Shown here: one piece after another, positions 37,220 to 50,539 of the stretch | Layout: every line of letters starts with the position of its first letter | Position numbering within the stretch: position 1 is the first letter of the stretch | Assembly: GCA_013239625.1 (NCBI GenBank) | Contig: MU054187.1 | Location: forward strand, 2,055,757-2,119,756 | Source: Lama guanicoe | Taxonomy: Eukaryota | DNA length: 64,000 bases | Direction: 5' to 3' | Position numbers and translations under genes: made by a program | The notes under the pieces: generated by a model | The model's input: only the letters and a program-made list of their open reading frames with translations | The model's database searches: none | What the model was told of the DNA's origin: nothing

Positions 37220-40200
37220 AGTACAAGCACAGAAGTTAACCACCATTGAAGGAGTTACAAGCTAAGTTTTTAAGTTTCATGTAAAATACAAGCCTAGTTC
37301 ATAACATACTACTACTTTCCACCAGTCAAGATTTTCTAAAATCTGGCATGCTCATTCTATATATAAACTTTTCTTAATCTCCTCAAAATGAAATCACTTA
37401 GTATTACATGACTTAATACAAAGCAATTTTAAATTAAAAACAAAGGGTTAGTAACTCACCCACTGACACAAGATTTTCTTAAAATTATGTGGCCCTTTGT
37501 GAAAACACTGTCTTTACTTTCTGTCCATTGAGAATACAACTTTAAAGAGTCTGCTACACACATACTGAGACACTGTAGGAAAGAACATTTATCAAAACAT
37601 GTCAAACATACTATCACAGTAATTACAACTAGGATTCCGGCCCATTAACATACAGAACAGAACAGATTCAAGCATATCTTTAAATGCACACACACAGATG
37701 CACAATAGAATCTCAAATTGGGAGAATGGATAAATTGTCCAAACAAAGTATTCTAATAAATGGTTATCTATAGCATGCAGAAAAACAAGGTCTACATAAA
37801 TACCATTTTTACACTTCAGATTACTACTAATGATTAAAATGAATAAAACACTGACAAGGCAACAGTGGGCACTCTGGCACAGTTTTGACAAGAATATAAA
37901 TTGGTCCAACTTTTAAGGAGATTTAATCTGGCAATATGCACCAAAATTCAAAATGTGCAAACCAGCAATTCTACATCTTGAGATGTACTGGAAGCAAATA
38001 ACCAGACAAGTATACAAAGGGACATATCCAATGATTTCTGTTACACCATTATTAACACTGAAAACCAGAAAAATGACCCTCCGAGGTGCCAGTCAAATAA
38101 ATCATGGTGCAACTATTTAATGTGACTTCATTCAGACATCTTAAAATGTTCACTAGACCTACAGCTACCAATGCGTGATATATCTATTACTTAACTAAGT
38201 AAAGCCAGTTATAGAATACAGCCTGTGATCTGTTTGTGGATTTTATGCTTATCTTATTAGCTAATGCTGAGGGATTTACATGTATTAGCATTAAAAAATG
38301 TAAAGAGCACTAAAAAAACGGTCTAGAACAGTTTAACACCAATGTTTTTAACAAAGGCTAACTCTGGATGCAGGACTTCCTCTCTGGTCTCTAAAAATCA
38401 CATTTACAATCTGGGGTTAAAAATACTTATTCCCATTTTGAAAAAGAAAAAAAGACAACACTTCTATGCATTGCAAAGAAATACAGGACCTGCCAATGCT
38501 GTCCTAGAAGAACTGGTCCAGATAAGAGACAAGACAACCCACCCCACCTGCTGGTCCCAGGCTGCCCCCACCTGGGGGCTCCAGCAGAGCCCCACCTCTC
38601 CACTTCGCACAGTTCCCACCCTAGACAGTCACACAAATTTCATTCTCCAATTACGGTCTTGGTATACCCATAAGAGGGAGAAGAGAACTGTGAAAAGAAC
38701 ATGAGACTTGGAATCAGAAGATGTACATTCAAGTCCTGTCCCCACTATGGACTGTGTGACCCTGAAGGACCTCAACTAACCTAAATTATTTTGATATAGA
38801 AAGGAAGGAGACTTCCCAACTCACGGAACAGCATTCAAACCAAGGGCAGTACAGTCACAAGTTCGTGTTATTAACCCCCCCCAGCTCTCCGTCCTCAGCT
38901 CAGGACTAGCACCTGACCGCTGCCAAGCATTTCCAGTCAGAAATCATACTGCACCTCCACCTCAACAAGTAAATTTCAATCCAGTACTCTGCCTTAATAA
39001 AACAACAAAAACCCAACCCAAAACAAACCAACAAAAGCTATTCCCTAGCTTCTTCCATGAACAAAATTACCCTTGTTACCCAAGACTTCAGTTACTTCTG
39101 TCTAAGTCCTATTCCTTTTCCCTTTATCATCCAACCCCTCATTTTCCAATGACATAACCTTTATTTTAGAGCCTGGAAACTTCTCCATCCTGTTCCAGCC
39201 CTTCCTGACCACAGCCACCAAAGAGAAACACCCCAGGCGAGCTGCTTCGCCTCCTGGACCCTCACCATTGCCAAAGCAGGTTACAAGTCAGCGGCCCCCA
39301 CGCTGTTCCCTTCCCTGCAGCTCCGTCTCCCGTGACCTCCGTTAGGACCCGGTTCAGCACTGGACAGTCTCACTTAACTTCAGCATCTGCCTGCCCTTTA
39401 AAGGTGTGAGTCTGCCAACTCTGGCAGAAAGCTCGATTAGCATTAAAATGGCAGATTCTGGAGCAGAGTTACCTGCAACTGAAGTCACCTCTCCCACTGA
39501 GCCTCAGACACCTCCACACATCAGCTCACCATCTAGGATGGAAATGATCCCTTCCGCAGAGTGGACGGGGATGGAGAGGGGGAGGACAGCAATCATGTAT
39601 TTCAGATTACTTTGTGGCGCAAGGAGTACAATAAAAGCTTTAAAGATGGTGGCAATTATTAATGAATCTCCGACATTCAAGGACGCCCTAAGGAAGCCCA
39701 GTTTCTCTTTCTAAAAGTATCTCCAACTACTCCCCCACACGAAACCTACACCCCCAACTTTACATAGTCTTCCCAGATAAAATACCTGCCCCCATTTCTG
39801 CTTATCTGAATTTTACTCAACCAAGTGTGGTCAAAAGGCCCTTCTGAGTCCAATTAGCCCTTCTGGGAAGTCTCCCCTAATCACAGGTGGGGATCTTAAC
39901 TAGCTATGAAGTGGTGTGAATTATCCTATGTGGGGGGAAATAATCTCACATCGAGAAAGGACATCTGTTCCGCCAAGATCCTTTTGGGATGCAGTCAGCT
40001 GTAAATGAGGGGGAAAGGAGAGGTGTATTTTCTAAAATACTGATTCCACTGCATTTATTCCCAGACATACAGGCGTTATAACTGTACATCCAAACCCCTC
40101 AAAACAAGAAAGCATCTCCCACACTCATAAAAAAACACTATCATTTATCATTGGGATCAATCTGCAATGTCCTCTGAGAGAGCACCCCTACAAGGATCTG

Positions 40201-43200
40201 GTCAGTCATTCCAGCTTACTGTCAACAGGTCTAATCCATTCAAAACTTGGAATCCGCCTCCTTACATGGGGAGAACAAAGGGAAAACCCTAGAACACAAC
40301 TTCTGACCAATACTGGACACCCGACATAAGCCACACACCGTGCCAGGTGCAGGAGTACAAGAACCCTCAAGGTGCTTTTCAGTCTAGTAGAACACATGGA
40401 GGATGCTGGACAAGGCGGGCCAAAAGCTTCACAGAGAAAGAAGGATTAGGAAAAATTCTGTCTGACTTGCAATTCTGCAGTGTAATTTGTAGCAACTGGC
40501 CCTCACCAAGGGGCCACTGCTGCCTCAATGAAAACAGCACGTTCTCCACAAATGGGGTGTCCAGGTCACCAGGGACTGAACACTGGGCTTCAGCCTCTCC
40601 AGATCAGACTTATTCCCATCTGATCCTGCCCTTTCTCTGCCAAGAAGAAAAGAAAAAGAGAAGAGTAGGTCAGCCATCTCCTTCACATTCTCCAAGGGAA
40701 GCTTTCCATCAAGGTTGGGGGTCCTAAACGAACGCCCTGTCTGCACCACACAAGGCGAGGATGGCCGCACAGAAGCACTCCCAACAGCCTGGAGCAGGTC
40801 CCTGAGGGATTCCCATGGACACAGAAGCACGTGCGGTCTGTGCACAGCGTCGTCTCTCAAAAATGAGAGACTGTCAAGTGGACCTGCAACTTGATTGAGC
40901 TGAATAATACAGCAACATGAGGACCTTTCCATATCAGTACATACAGATGGATCACACGCTGTGGTGTCCAGTCAAAGACACTGCATAAAGCGCGTGACTT
41001 AAAGATAATTTGGAATTGGAAATATTAGTAAATAGTCTAAAAAACTTGTCCCAATAGAGAACATCATTAGACTTTACTCTTAATGAATTTTAAAAATTTC
41101 ATATATATGTCATTTGATAGCTTTTCCTTAACAGAAACTCAGAATAGCTGTTAAATGAGCTTAGGGCAGTCTACTACAAAATAGCTCTCCAGCCTCCACG
41201 GGCCAAGCCCGGAAGCCACACTCACTTCTCCCGCATTACCCTCCCAGTTAAGACGCTACATCCAGGGCTGTGCATGGCACGATTTTTATGGGGCAGCAAC
41301 ATCAAGCTATGACACTTTCTTTAAATGTGAATTCTGTTTTTTTAAACTCTAACTTCTCACATAATAGTATCTACAGCAAAGATCTTCTAGGTCTATGCTT
41401 CATTTTATATGAGATACTGAGAGTAAGAAATGAAACCAAAATTATCTTTACAGCAAACATTGAATCAGCCTCATTATGTTAAACCAAGACTATATGTAAA
41501 CATATAGCAACATCAATAAAGAATGCGCACATCTAGAATAATGGCCAAAGCAGCCATGGAAATACTAACAGTATTGTACTCATTTGACTAGTATTTCAAC
41601 AGATATTCTGGACAGTTACTAACCAATCACATGCAGCATATGAAGGAAAAAATGATATGGATAGTCCTAAACTAGTAACTAAAAAGGAGGGGGGGCTTGT
41701 CCACAATTATTTTCACCTGTTAGGACAATTACAAGGCAATAAAATATGACAACTCAACAGAGAGCAAAGTCACAGTGGCAGGGATGGGAGTGTCACTCCA
41801 TAATCCGCAGGGCACCCACTCTACAGCTATGAAAGCAGCGACTAACCAGTGGAATGAAGGTGCCTGGAGGTGCTCAAGAACTGCACCTACACAGAGTAAT
41901 TTAACAGAACGTAACTTCACTGAGGGTCAGAAAGAAAAGCTGTCCTCTCAGGGCTCTGCACAGGAGTCCTGACAACAGACAAATCAGGTTTACTAGGTCC
42001 ACGACAGTGAAAGCACCAGAGTAATGTAATAACTAGAATTATATACTTCTAATTATTACGGAGAGACTGCAAGTACAGAATCTTCGAGCCCTCCGCAATC
42101 TGCTTCCCTAGCACTGTGTCTATTTCAGCATCTTCAAGCAGGCTGCATTTGCAATTTATCTTCCTTAAAATTTCCAGTGTTTCACCATTTTCTACAACTG
42201 TCTATACAAAGCTTTACATATAAAGCTCCTCTTGTTCACTCTTCACGTCACTGGAACTAAAACTGGGTCTTCCTGGGGTTTAACATTTCATGAAAAAAAC
42301 AAATGAATCTAGCTCCAAGTTGCTTTCCAGCTTCGCTGGGTTCACTGCACAAACCTCTGTGCTTTGCACAGGTGGGGTTAGAGCACATCAGTTCTTACTG
42401 AGAGCCCCCCAAACCTGAAAACCCGTAGAGCCCCGCTACCACCACAGCCTTCTCCTCCAGCTCCCGCTCCCCGTGCCTGCCCTGGCCCGTCTCAGTGATC
42501 TTTTCACTTTTGCTGGCATGTGCCAAGTCCTCGGAGCCTTTTTATTTACTATTCCTTCAGCCAGTGTTCTTTCCCCAGAGTCACACAGCTGGCTTTCTCA
42601 CGTCTCTTAGATCTTTCCTTCAGATATCCAATAATGCTTAAACGATAGGTAATTGCATTCAGGACTTCAATTTCCTTTCTTTTATAAGCCAAAAGTCATA
42701 TGGCATACATTTTTATATTCCTTGCAGTAACTGGTTCAATGGTCTGCCTTGGTAAGTAAATAACTACGAATGAGTGTGTGTGGAAAGGGGCTGCTAGATT
42801 TTCACTTGAGTTTCTTGAACCAGTATTTCCTGTATACAAAAGGCTTACTGGGGTTATAGAATAGCATTACCCCAATGAGACAATCTTACTACCCATTACT
42901 TTTTATAAACACAACCATAAGTTACATATATCTGCAAAGTAGAGCATATGGCAGGTGTTCAAACATTTGCTGAATGCATGACAATTTAAAGACAGTCTCC
43001 AAATTAGAGGACAAATAAAAGCTCCTCTCAAGCTTACATAATAAAAATTTCAGTTCAAAAGTGTGGCTTTTCAAAACCAGAGGTCTAGTGGCCTACACCC
43101 TTTCTGATTTAACGAATTTCATTTGCTAAAAGTCAATCTGTCATGTATTCCGACCTTGTGTTTGTTAGCAAGGGCCAGAAAAATGTTCTCAGAGAGGAGT

Positions 43201-44373
43201 CAACTTCCCGTCTTCCCTGTCATCCTAACATCACGACGTAAGAATTAGGCCACCAACCAACCCTAACTTTGACTAACATAAAAGATTCAAAATAGATCAA
43301 ACAAAATTACCTAAAAAAAAAAAAGTCGCCTGAGTCCATATTCAACTTCCATCAACAGGCATTGACCAACACAAACACCAACACAAAACATTCCTTTTAC
43401 AAAACTCCACCTAGATTTTGAACACAACATACACCAACATACACACTAAAATGTTGCTAAGAAAACGTGTTCATTCAGGCCATGTTCTGTTACATCACCA
43501 ACAAAGGAAAAAGATCTTCACACACCCCCTCCCCAAGCAAGGGTCTGCTTACAGATCAAGTAAGCCCCAAATCAAACCAGCCACTTTCCTCAGTGGTCCT
43601 CTGCTTCTCAGTAGTAATGTCAGAAGTGGAAGGACCCTCTTTGAATCAAGTATCGAAACATCATAACGAGATTCTTCTACTGAAATTGAGCGGTCTCCTC
43701 CTAAGTCGCCAACCTTCCCAGCCCTGGGCTGAATCACGGGAGCACCCTCCACACACGAGAACCTACAAACTGTATGTACAGTAAGACGGCGAGCAAGCAG
43801 GCAGGCACACTCTCCTGCGGCCCAGATCGTGCTCTCGGCCCGGCGGGCCCGCGGCGACCACCCCCCGGCCTAGCGTCTCGCGGTAACGTGACTCGATCGA
43901 CCGCGGGCACATCGGAGCTCACCGGCGCCCAGGCCCCCCGCCCGGCGGATCACCGCGCTCCAGCCATGGTGGAGAGCAGCCGATTACGAAACCAGAGCAG
44001 AAGCGGCGCACAGCCCCCGGGCGGGGGAAGGAACCACAGGCGTCCCCCAGGAGCCGCCGTGCCTCCCGCGGTCCTGCCGCCACCGGGGAAGCCGGGAGAC
44101 CCGCACACACGGCGCGTCCCACACCCACCCGGGGGGCGGGCGGAGGCTGAGTCATCCCCGGAGTAACTTTATCCGGATCCTCGCACTCCGGGGCGGGACA
44201 CAGCCGTGCCTCCGACCCTCGCGCTGGCAGGGCGGCCTCCGGGGCCGAGCCGGGCGGCGGCGGCGAGGACGCTGGGGCGGGCGGGCCCCTCGGCCCGGGC
44301 CGCTCCCTCAGGCCGGCGGGGGCGCCGGGGACCGGGACCGCACAGGCCCGCGCCCGCCGCGCCCGGGACTCAC

Positions 44374-44705
44374 CGAGCGGCGCCTCCTCCTCCGCCGGCG
44401 GCAGCAGCAGGGCCCGCGGCACCCGGCACCATCTTCCGCCGCCGCCTCGTCCTCGGCGGCGGCTACCAACCGCCCATCGGCGCCGCCAACAGACACAGCC
44501 GCTGGCGCCGGTGCCCGCCCGGCCGCCACCTCCGGGCGGCGCGGACGCGGTCAGGCCCCTCGGCTCTGGGTGGGGGGCCGGGGGCCGGTGGAGGGCAGGC
44601 CGCGGCCGGGCAGAGCCGAGGGGCCGGGCGACGGGGACCCCGAGGCAGCGCCGAGGGCTCGGCAGGGCCGCGGACACGGCCGCCGCGGGTTTGTTATTGT
44701 CGACT
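44374..44705 (-). other. RB1CC1: RB1CC1 non-coding exon 1 (5' end approximate)
   Basis: Consensus donor TCG|GTGAGT at 44373 within the CpG island. The AT-rich break GTCGACAATAACAAACC near 44704-44688 resembles the human mRNA 5' region as recalled. Confidence 0.75.
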
Positions 44706-44785
44706 CCGTTCCTTCCTCCGCGGGGCACGCCGGGAAACGGGCGGGGGAGGGGCGCCGCGGCCGCGCAGGGCGGCTCCGCGCAGGT

Positions 44786-44811
44786 CCGGAAGTCGGCGAG
44801 CTGCCGGAAGT
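44786..44811 (+). promoter_or_regulatory. Tandem ETS/GABPA sites
   Basis: CCGGAAGT twice, 18 bp apart, within the duplicated unit CCGGAAGTCGGCG(A/G)GCTG; an inverted CTTCCGG at 44856. Confidence 0.75.
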
Positions 44812-46147
44812 CGGCGGGCTGCCGGGAAGGCTTGCGCCGGCTCCGCCTCAGGCGGCTTCCGGGCGGGCGACCTAGCTGTTCTCTCGTGACCCCGAGACTC
44901 GCTGCTGGCTGCCGTCCGGGCGCGACTGCCCCAAGGTGAGCTTGACGTTCCCCGCTGCAGCGAGTGGGCCTGAGCTCGCCGACCCCGCCAACTCCCGGAG
45001 TAGCCTGGCGCGGGGTGCGGGGGAGGCAGCCGAGGGTCCGGGGCCTCCTCGTTGCCCCCGGGGCGCTCGCCGCGGGGCCAGGGCCTGTGAGGGGACCGGG
45101 TGCCGGGAGGGCTGCGTCCGGGCGGGGCTGCGGGCTGCTGACCGGCGTCCGGGTAGCTCCGCACCTGCGGGCGGCGCGCACCCTCAGGCCAGGTGAGGCA
45201 CAGAGACGTCCGAAGGAGAAAGACCTAAAGCTCGGTCAGCTGGAAGTTGCAGGCGCCGCGACCGCCCACGTTCAGCCTGATGCTGAGCTCCCAGAGGGTT
45301 AGCACGAGGCCTCGAAGGGGTGGGGAGCGATTTCGGGGGGTCCTGATTCAGGGATGATGGTTGGCCACACGGCTTAAGTGTTACAGTCTGGTGAGCAGAA
45401 TCTACGGGTAGAATAGTGTATGTGTCTAAACTCCCTGCTATATCCGGGAATATCTGGCGTGAATAAAAGCTTGGAGGTGCTACCGCTAACCGCTCAGTAC
45501 CTAAAGGTTTCTTGAGTTGTGTTTGCATAAAAATGGGTATTATCGCCGCTTTCAAGGGCACCCAAGCCGAACGAACACTACCGGGAAGCCAGGTCTGCTG
45601 TCCTTCATTTGTCATGGTGGGAACTGATTTAAAAAAAAATTTTAAACAACTGGTAAGCATTACGGAGTTTCCGTTTCTATCACGGTGACCCAGTATCTGA
45701 AAGTTGTTTGAGAGAGCTTATAGGTGTTACCACTTTATTTGTTTTTAATTTCCCTTACTACACAGCCCAAAGAGGTCTTGTCTTGGGCATGTCACTTTAG
45801 TTTTTGTTGTTGTTTTTAAGCTGGACTTTTATTACGCCACCCCAACAAGATACAGCAGGGAAGTGAAATTTAAGAGGCTAAATTGTTATGCCTTGGGGGG
45901 AAGGTGTGAACGGGCAAAACTGAAGAAAGGAGCTGATTTTATTAGGCACAGCACGGTAATCAGCCCACAAAATAAGTGGTGAGAAGGGATTCAGCCAGGA
46001 AACTGGTCAGCGGAGCACAATATTAAGCCTGTAAAGAATGTCTTGGTGCTTGACCTTCCTCTGAGTTATCGGTGACATCATTACAAATGCAATACACCTT
46101 CGCATGTAAAAACATGACTGGAATATGCCAGTGATAATCTATTTAAA

Positions 46148-46250
46148 ATTTTCTTTAATTGACGTATAGTCAGTTTACAATCTTGTGTTAATTTCTGGTG
46201 TACAGCATAGCGATACGGTTATACGTATATATTCCTTTTCATAATCTTAT
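46148..46250 (-). mobile_element. Short L1 3' terminus, antisense
   Basis: tttaattgacgtatagtcagtttacaatcttgtgttaatttctggtgtacagcatagcgat. Confidence 0.7.
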
Positions 46251-49200
46251 GAAATGAGAATGTTTATATGAATGAATATATACTTATATTCTTATGAAAT
46301 AACAATGTCTAAATAAATTGTTTTCAGTGGTGCTTGTCTGACTTCTTTCTTTGGGGAAAAAAGTTAATTCATTCTTCATCTTCTCCTAGTCACGGGCTCG
46401 AAGAAATGGCCAGAAATGATTGGGTCATGCCTTAAAGGTGTACACCTTCTCCAGAGTGTAAATGTTAAGAATTTTTATGCCTAGTGTGCTTTCCTAGTGA
46501 TAAGTGAAACTGTCAAGATTAGTTTTATTATATTTATGTATATATCTAGGGAAAACACTATTACAGGTTCCCAATACTGCATGTGCCCATAATTATTCTC
46601 AACAAGTTACATTTTCCTTCAGACCAAGGATATTGAAAACCCTCTGTACTCTCCCTTGATAAATGAAAATAGGAACAAACAAGAAGTCCTTGTGCAACGT
46701 GACTTCTCAGCCAAGCTTCTTGATTGGAAGTCCTTGATCCAGTTTCATTTTTGTCCACTGTACTTTTCTTGCTAAAGTTGCAGGTTAATAGGAACCTTCC
46801 AATTAAAGCATTAAATGGACAATGCTGAGGCTTAATTTGAGCTTTCTAAACCATTTGCCATTTTACATTTTAGAATATATTTTTCCTTCTCCTTCCCTTT
46901 TGAAGTGTCTCCCTCTTTGCTCTTGAATGTGTCCTTTTATTTGATCCTCTTCCAAATTCTCAAGTAATTCTAATACAGATGTGAATGATGCAAATATAAG
47001 GTACTATGGGAGCAGAGGCAAGAGACAGTCTTGTCCTCATCACATTATTGTTATTTTAAATTTAATAAACATTTTAGGTTCTTTGATTTCCCATGAGGGC
47101 AAAAGAAAGTGCTCTTTTTAGGAAGAGTATGTAGGGTCTACTACTCAGCACCCTGAGTGCTTCACTTCCAGTCAGTTCCAGTCTTTAAAAACCTGTTTTT
47201 CCTCCAGGTCTCAGCTTCAGTGTCACTTTCTCAGGGAGTCCTTCCCTAACATGCCTGTAGTTCCCCTACATCCTTGTGTTTTATCTTTCAGTATCTGTCT
47301 AACCTGCTGAAATGTAAGCCCTTATTTAAGAGAACTGTTTCCCCCATACTGAGCACTCCAACATCTGTTGATGTCCTACACTTTTTTCAGGCCCTCAATT
47401 TATACTTCAGCTCACCTCCCAACTCATCTGATACTCCATCTAAGATCTGATCATGCCTCTTACCTGCCTACAACCTTTACTGATGTTGTTTTGTATGTTA
47501 GATACAACTTAAACTTCTTAGCATATGAATCTCATTAGGTACCAACCCATCTCTCTAACCATATCTCCTGGCACTTTTCACCTTTACACATGATTTACAT
47601 GAGTTTCCTCATCTAGAATGTTCTTCCCTCTCGTTCACCTTTCAAAGTCATCCCTTAAAACAGAGCTTGGACATTGGCCCAACTTCCAGCTTCTAGACAA
47701 TATAATGATCACTCACCTTTCTGCCACCTCTGCCCCATAATCACACAATTATAAATTGTTGTTGCCCCCATCTAAATCTATGACACCCTTAAGAAACTAT
47801 GAATTACTCATTTTTAAGTTCCTAGAATTTTACAGAGAACTTGGCACATAGGTAGCAATTAATAAAATATTGAATGTAAATTCAGACAGGGGACCATTCA
47901 AAAATCATTGTAGTGACAAGTTTATGACATTAATCATTTAACCAGAATACATCAAGATATTGAGAATAGCCCAAACACAGCTTAATTTTGTTAACTGCCT
48001 GACTGGGGATTTCATTCCCGCGTGCATTAGATATTTTCCAAACAACTTTGTGTCACTAAGCCTGATTTTTTTAGGTTATGTTCAAACAATCAGCAACCAC
48101 AGCTGACATAATGACTATTCAAAGTATGAATCACAATCTTCCATATTTAAAGGTTAACCCCTTTACAAAGTCTCAGACTTTGTTTTTAAGATCATAGCTA
48201 ATTTGATGTGTAAAATATGGTCACGTACTGCTTAGAGGCTTCGGGCATGTGATGATTAAGTTAATATGTCCAGTACTATTTACAGACCTGAAGCTGCCCA
48301 ACTCGGTGTGTTGGTACACACGTTATTAATGATAATGATAGTTAACGTAGGAGTGACTCTCTTCCAAGCTGGTGCAGCTTGATGAGCTAGTAACACTGTG
48401 TCAGTGCCACAACACCTACAAGAACATACTTACAGCATGCTTCATTTTCCAACAGATTTAAGCCAGTAGATTGAGACAAAATGTTTAGTCATTTTTCACA
48501 CTGAGTTCTTCTCTTTTGTTATTTTGAAGAAGAGCTTAAAATGTCTAGAAGTAGAGCTGGAATATCTTAAAGCAGAAACTACTACTTCCTCAGATGATCC
48601 ATGTGTTTTTGTCAACCCTACCTGCCGCCCATGCCCGCAAAACGCTTCTCCCAGTAGGTGTGCGTTCTCAGTGTGGTTTATTAAAAGGAGCACTGAAGTG
48701 GTGTCCAGTCCTGCCTCAGCCAGAGGCAGTTCCCTCGTAGTCAACTCTTTCTACTCTCCATTAAACTGTCTGCACTGCTCTTAAATCCCTAATCCCCAGC
48801 CCTTTCCAATTCCTCTCTCATTCTTGGTTATAGAAACTCCAGAAAGAACTTCCTCCCCCTTCTGCCATAAAATCTGCAAACGCACCTGTACCCACAACTA
48901 GTCTCCCTGCCAGTCACTCTTGCGTCCCTTCTATTGAAGGTAGCCTTGGGCCCTTGACTCCATCCTTTCATCTCATTCAGTAATCCCGTGGGACCATTGG
49001 GTACGTGCTGAATCTAGTTCATATGTGAAATATTTTGCAGAACTTAAATCATATCTTTTAAACTTGGAATTTACCCTTAATTGCTTATCGTTCTGCTTAA
49101 GACTAAAATTAATTAAGACATAAAGCATTACATTAGCAGTGTGATTTAGTAGCTATCTAAGATATCTTTTGATGTTTCCATTTTATTAAAACTCACTTCA

Positions 49201-50539
49201 CTGCTAGGCAGTTATTTACATGAAATGTCATATTGATCTGTTAACAAAAGATGAAGTTAAAACTTTCAGGCAGATATAAATAGAAAAATTGTTTTGCTGT
49301 TTGTTCCTCTAATATTTGTTATTTTTTAAGTTTTGACTGCCTTCATTATGTGACTTTCCAATAAAAATCTTCAGTCCTTTTCTGGTCATTATTATTTCAT
49401 GATTGTTACTTAAACTAATTTTGTTGTATAGAAGAATGGAGCATTAGAAAGTTTTTCACTTTTGACCATCAAATATACTAGGTATGTGTCAGCGACAGGG
49501 CACAGGGCTCTACTTTTTAACATGCTCTGAAGGGAATTCTAATGCAGATGATGGCTTTGAGAAACAAAGGACTAAATTTCTGAAGAGCCTTCCAGGCCTA
49601 CACATCTCCCTTCTTTTAAACCGTAGTTGCCACCCTCTCCCTCAAAATGAATTAATCAGTTAAATCCTAATCCATTCACAACTTTGTTTCTTTGTACTGT
49701 TGAACAGTCTAATTTGAACTCAGTCGTATTCTCAAATGTGCCCTGGTTTTTTTTTTTTAAACAGATGTATATTGTTTCTATACAACTAGATTGTAAGGTT
49801 GTTGGCATTTAGGAGTCAGGAAACCTGAGATCTCATTTGGATTTGGAAAATCTATGATTTCACTTTACTCCTGTTAGAATGGTGTTGGCAGCACCTATTT
49901 TAGCTACTCACAATAATCTATAGGTTAGAATGAAAAACAGCTTGTAATTTACTGCAACTCAGATGTTTTGTGTGGTTCCTGAACAGTAATTATACAACGA
50001 CCACTGGATACATTTTGAAAAATCAGCACTATCAGTTCTTGAAATTAATGAAGTGTTTCTATGTATTTCAGCACACACATCTAATTACATTTAAAAACAA
50101 AATATTCCCAAAACTTCTTAATTTTACATCTTTCCTGTCACATCCATATCCCAGGCTTCTTACCTCTTCCCCTTTTCATAACTTTATACGCCTGAAGTTC
50201 TGGAAACCGACCAAAGAGATCTTTGTGTGAAATGCTTGTCTTTTCCTTTCTATATAAGGCTCCCAAGAACACTTTTTACTCCTATTTCAACAAGATAATC
50301 TCTGAAAAATGTCCAACATCACCAAAAAATAAGCTGAGAATTCCAGGTTTCCTGAAAGAAAGTTCCTCCAGCCTTTTTAAAGAAGCTGTGGAACCGATGT
50401 CTTCAGCAGCAAGGAGTGCTGATTCAGAAGCAGCGGAAGTCCACATCAAGTGATTGAACAAATAGATCCTTTTCCTGTTTCATGAATCTGCCTCAGGGGC
50501 ATTATTTACTTAAAAACATTAGATTTCTATAATATAGTA

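Larger units (their letters stand above)
571..44705 (-). other. RB1CC1: RB1CC1/FIP200 gene, exons 1-19 (3' end continues beyond window start)
   Basis: 17 coding exons with GT-AG boundaries (one GC-AG) join in frame to 4386 nt. The protein starts MKLYVFLVNTGTTLTFDTELTVQTVADLKHAI, the RB1CC1 N-terminus. TSS position is approximate. Confidence 0.97.
43780..45330. promoter_or_regulatory. CpG-island promoter of RB1CC1
   Basis: Very high GC and CpG density with GC boxes (GGGCGG); ETS sites CCGGAAGT at 44786 and 44804; contains the exon 1 donor. Confidence 0.93.

Noticed and set aside
43883..43892. CLEAR-like (TFEB) motif GTAACGTGAC
   Set aside because: The mismatch is in the CACGTG E-box core, so it is not a credible CLEAR site.
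43774..45302. Long ORFs in the promoter island (e.g. 420 aa at 43919..45181)
   Set aside because: Typical CpG-island artefacts: Pro/Arg/Gly/Ala-rich, open in many frames, mostly non-ATG starts.
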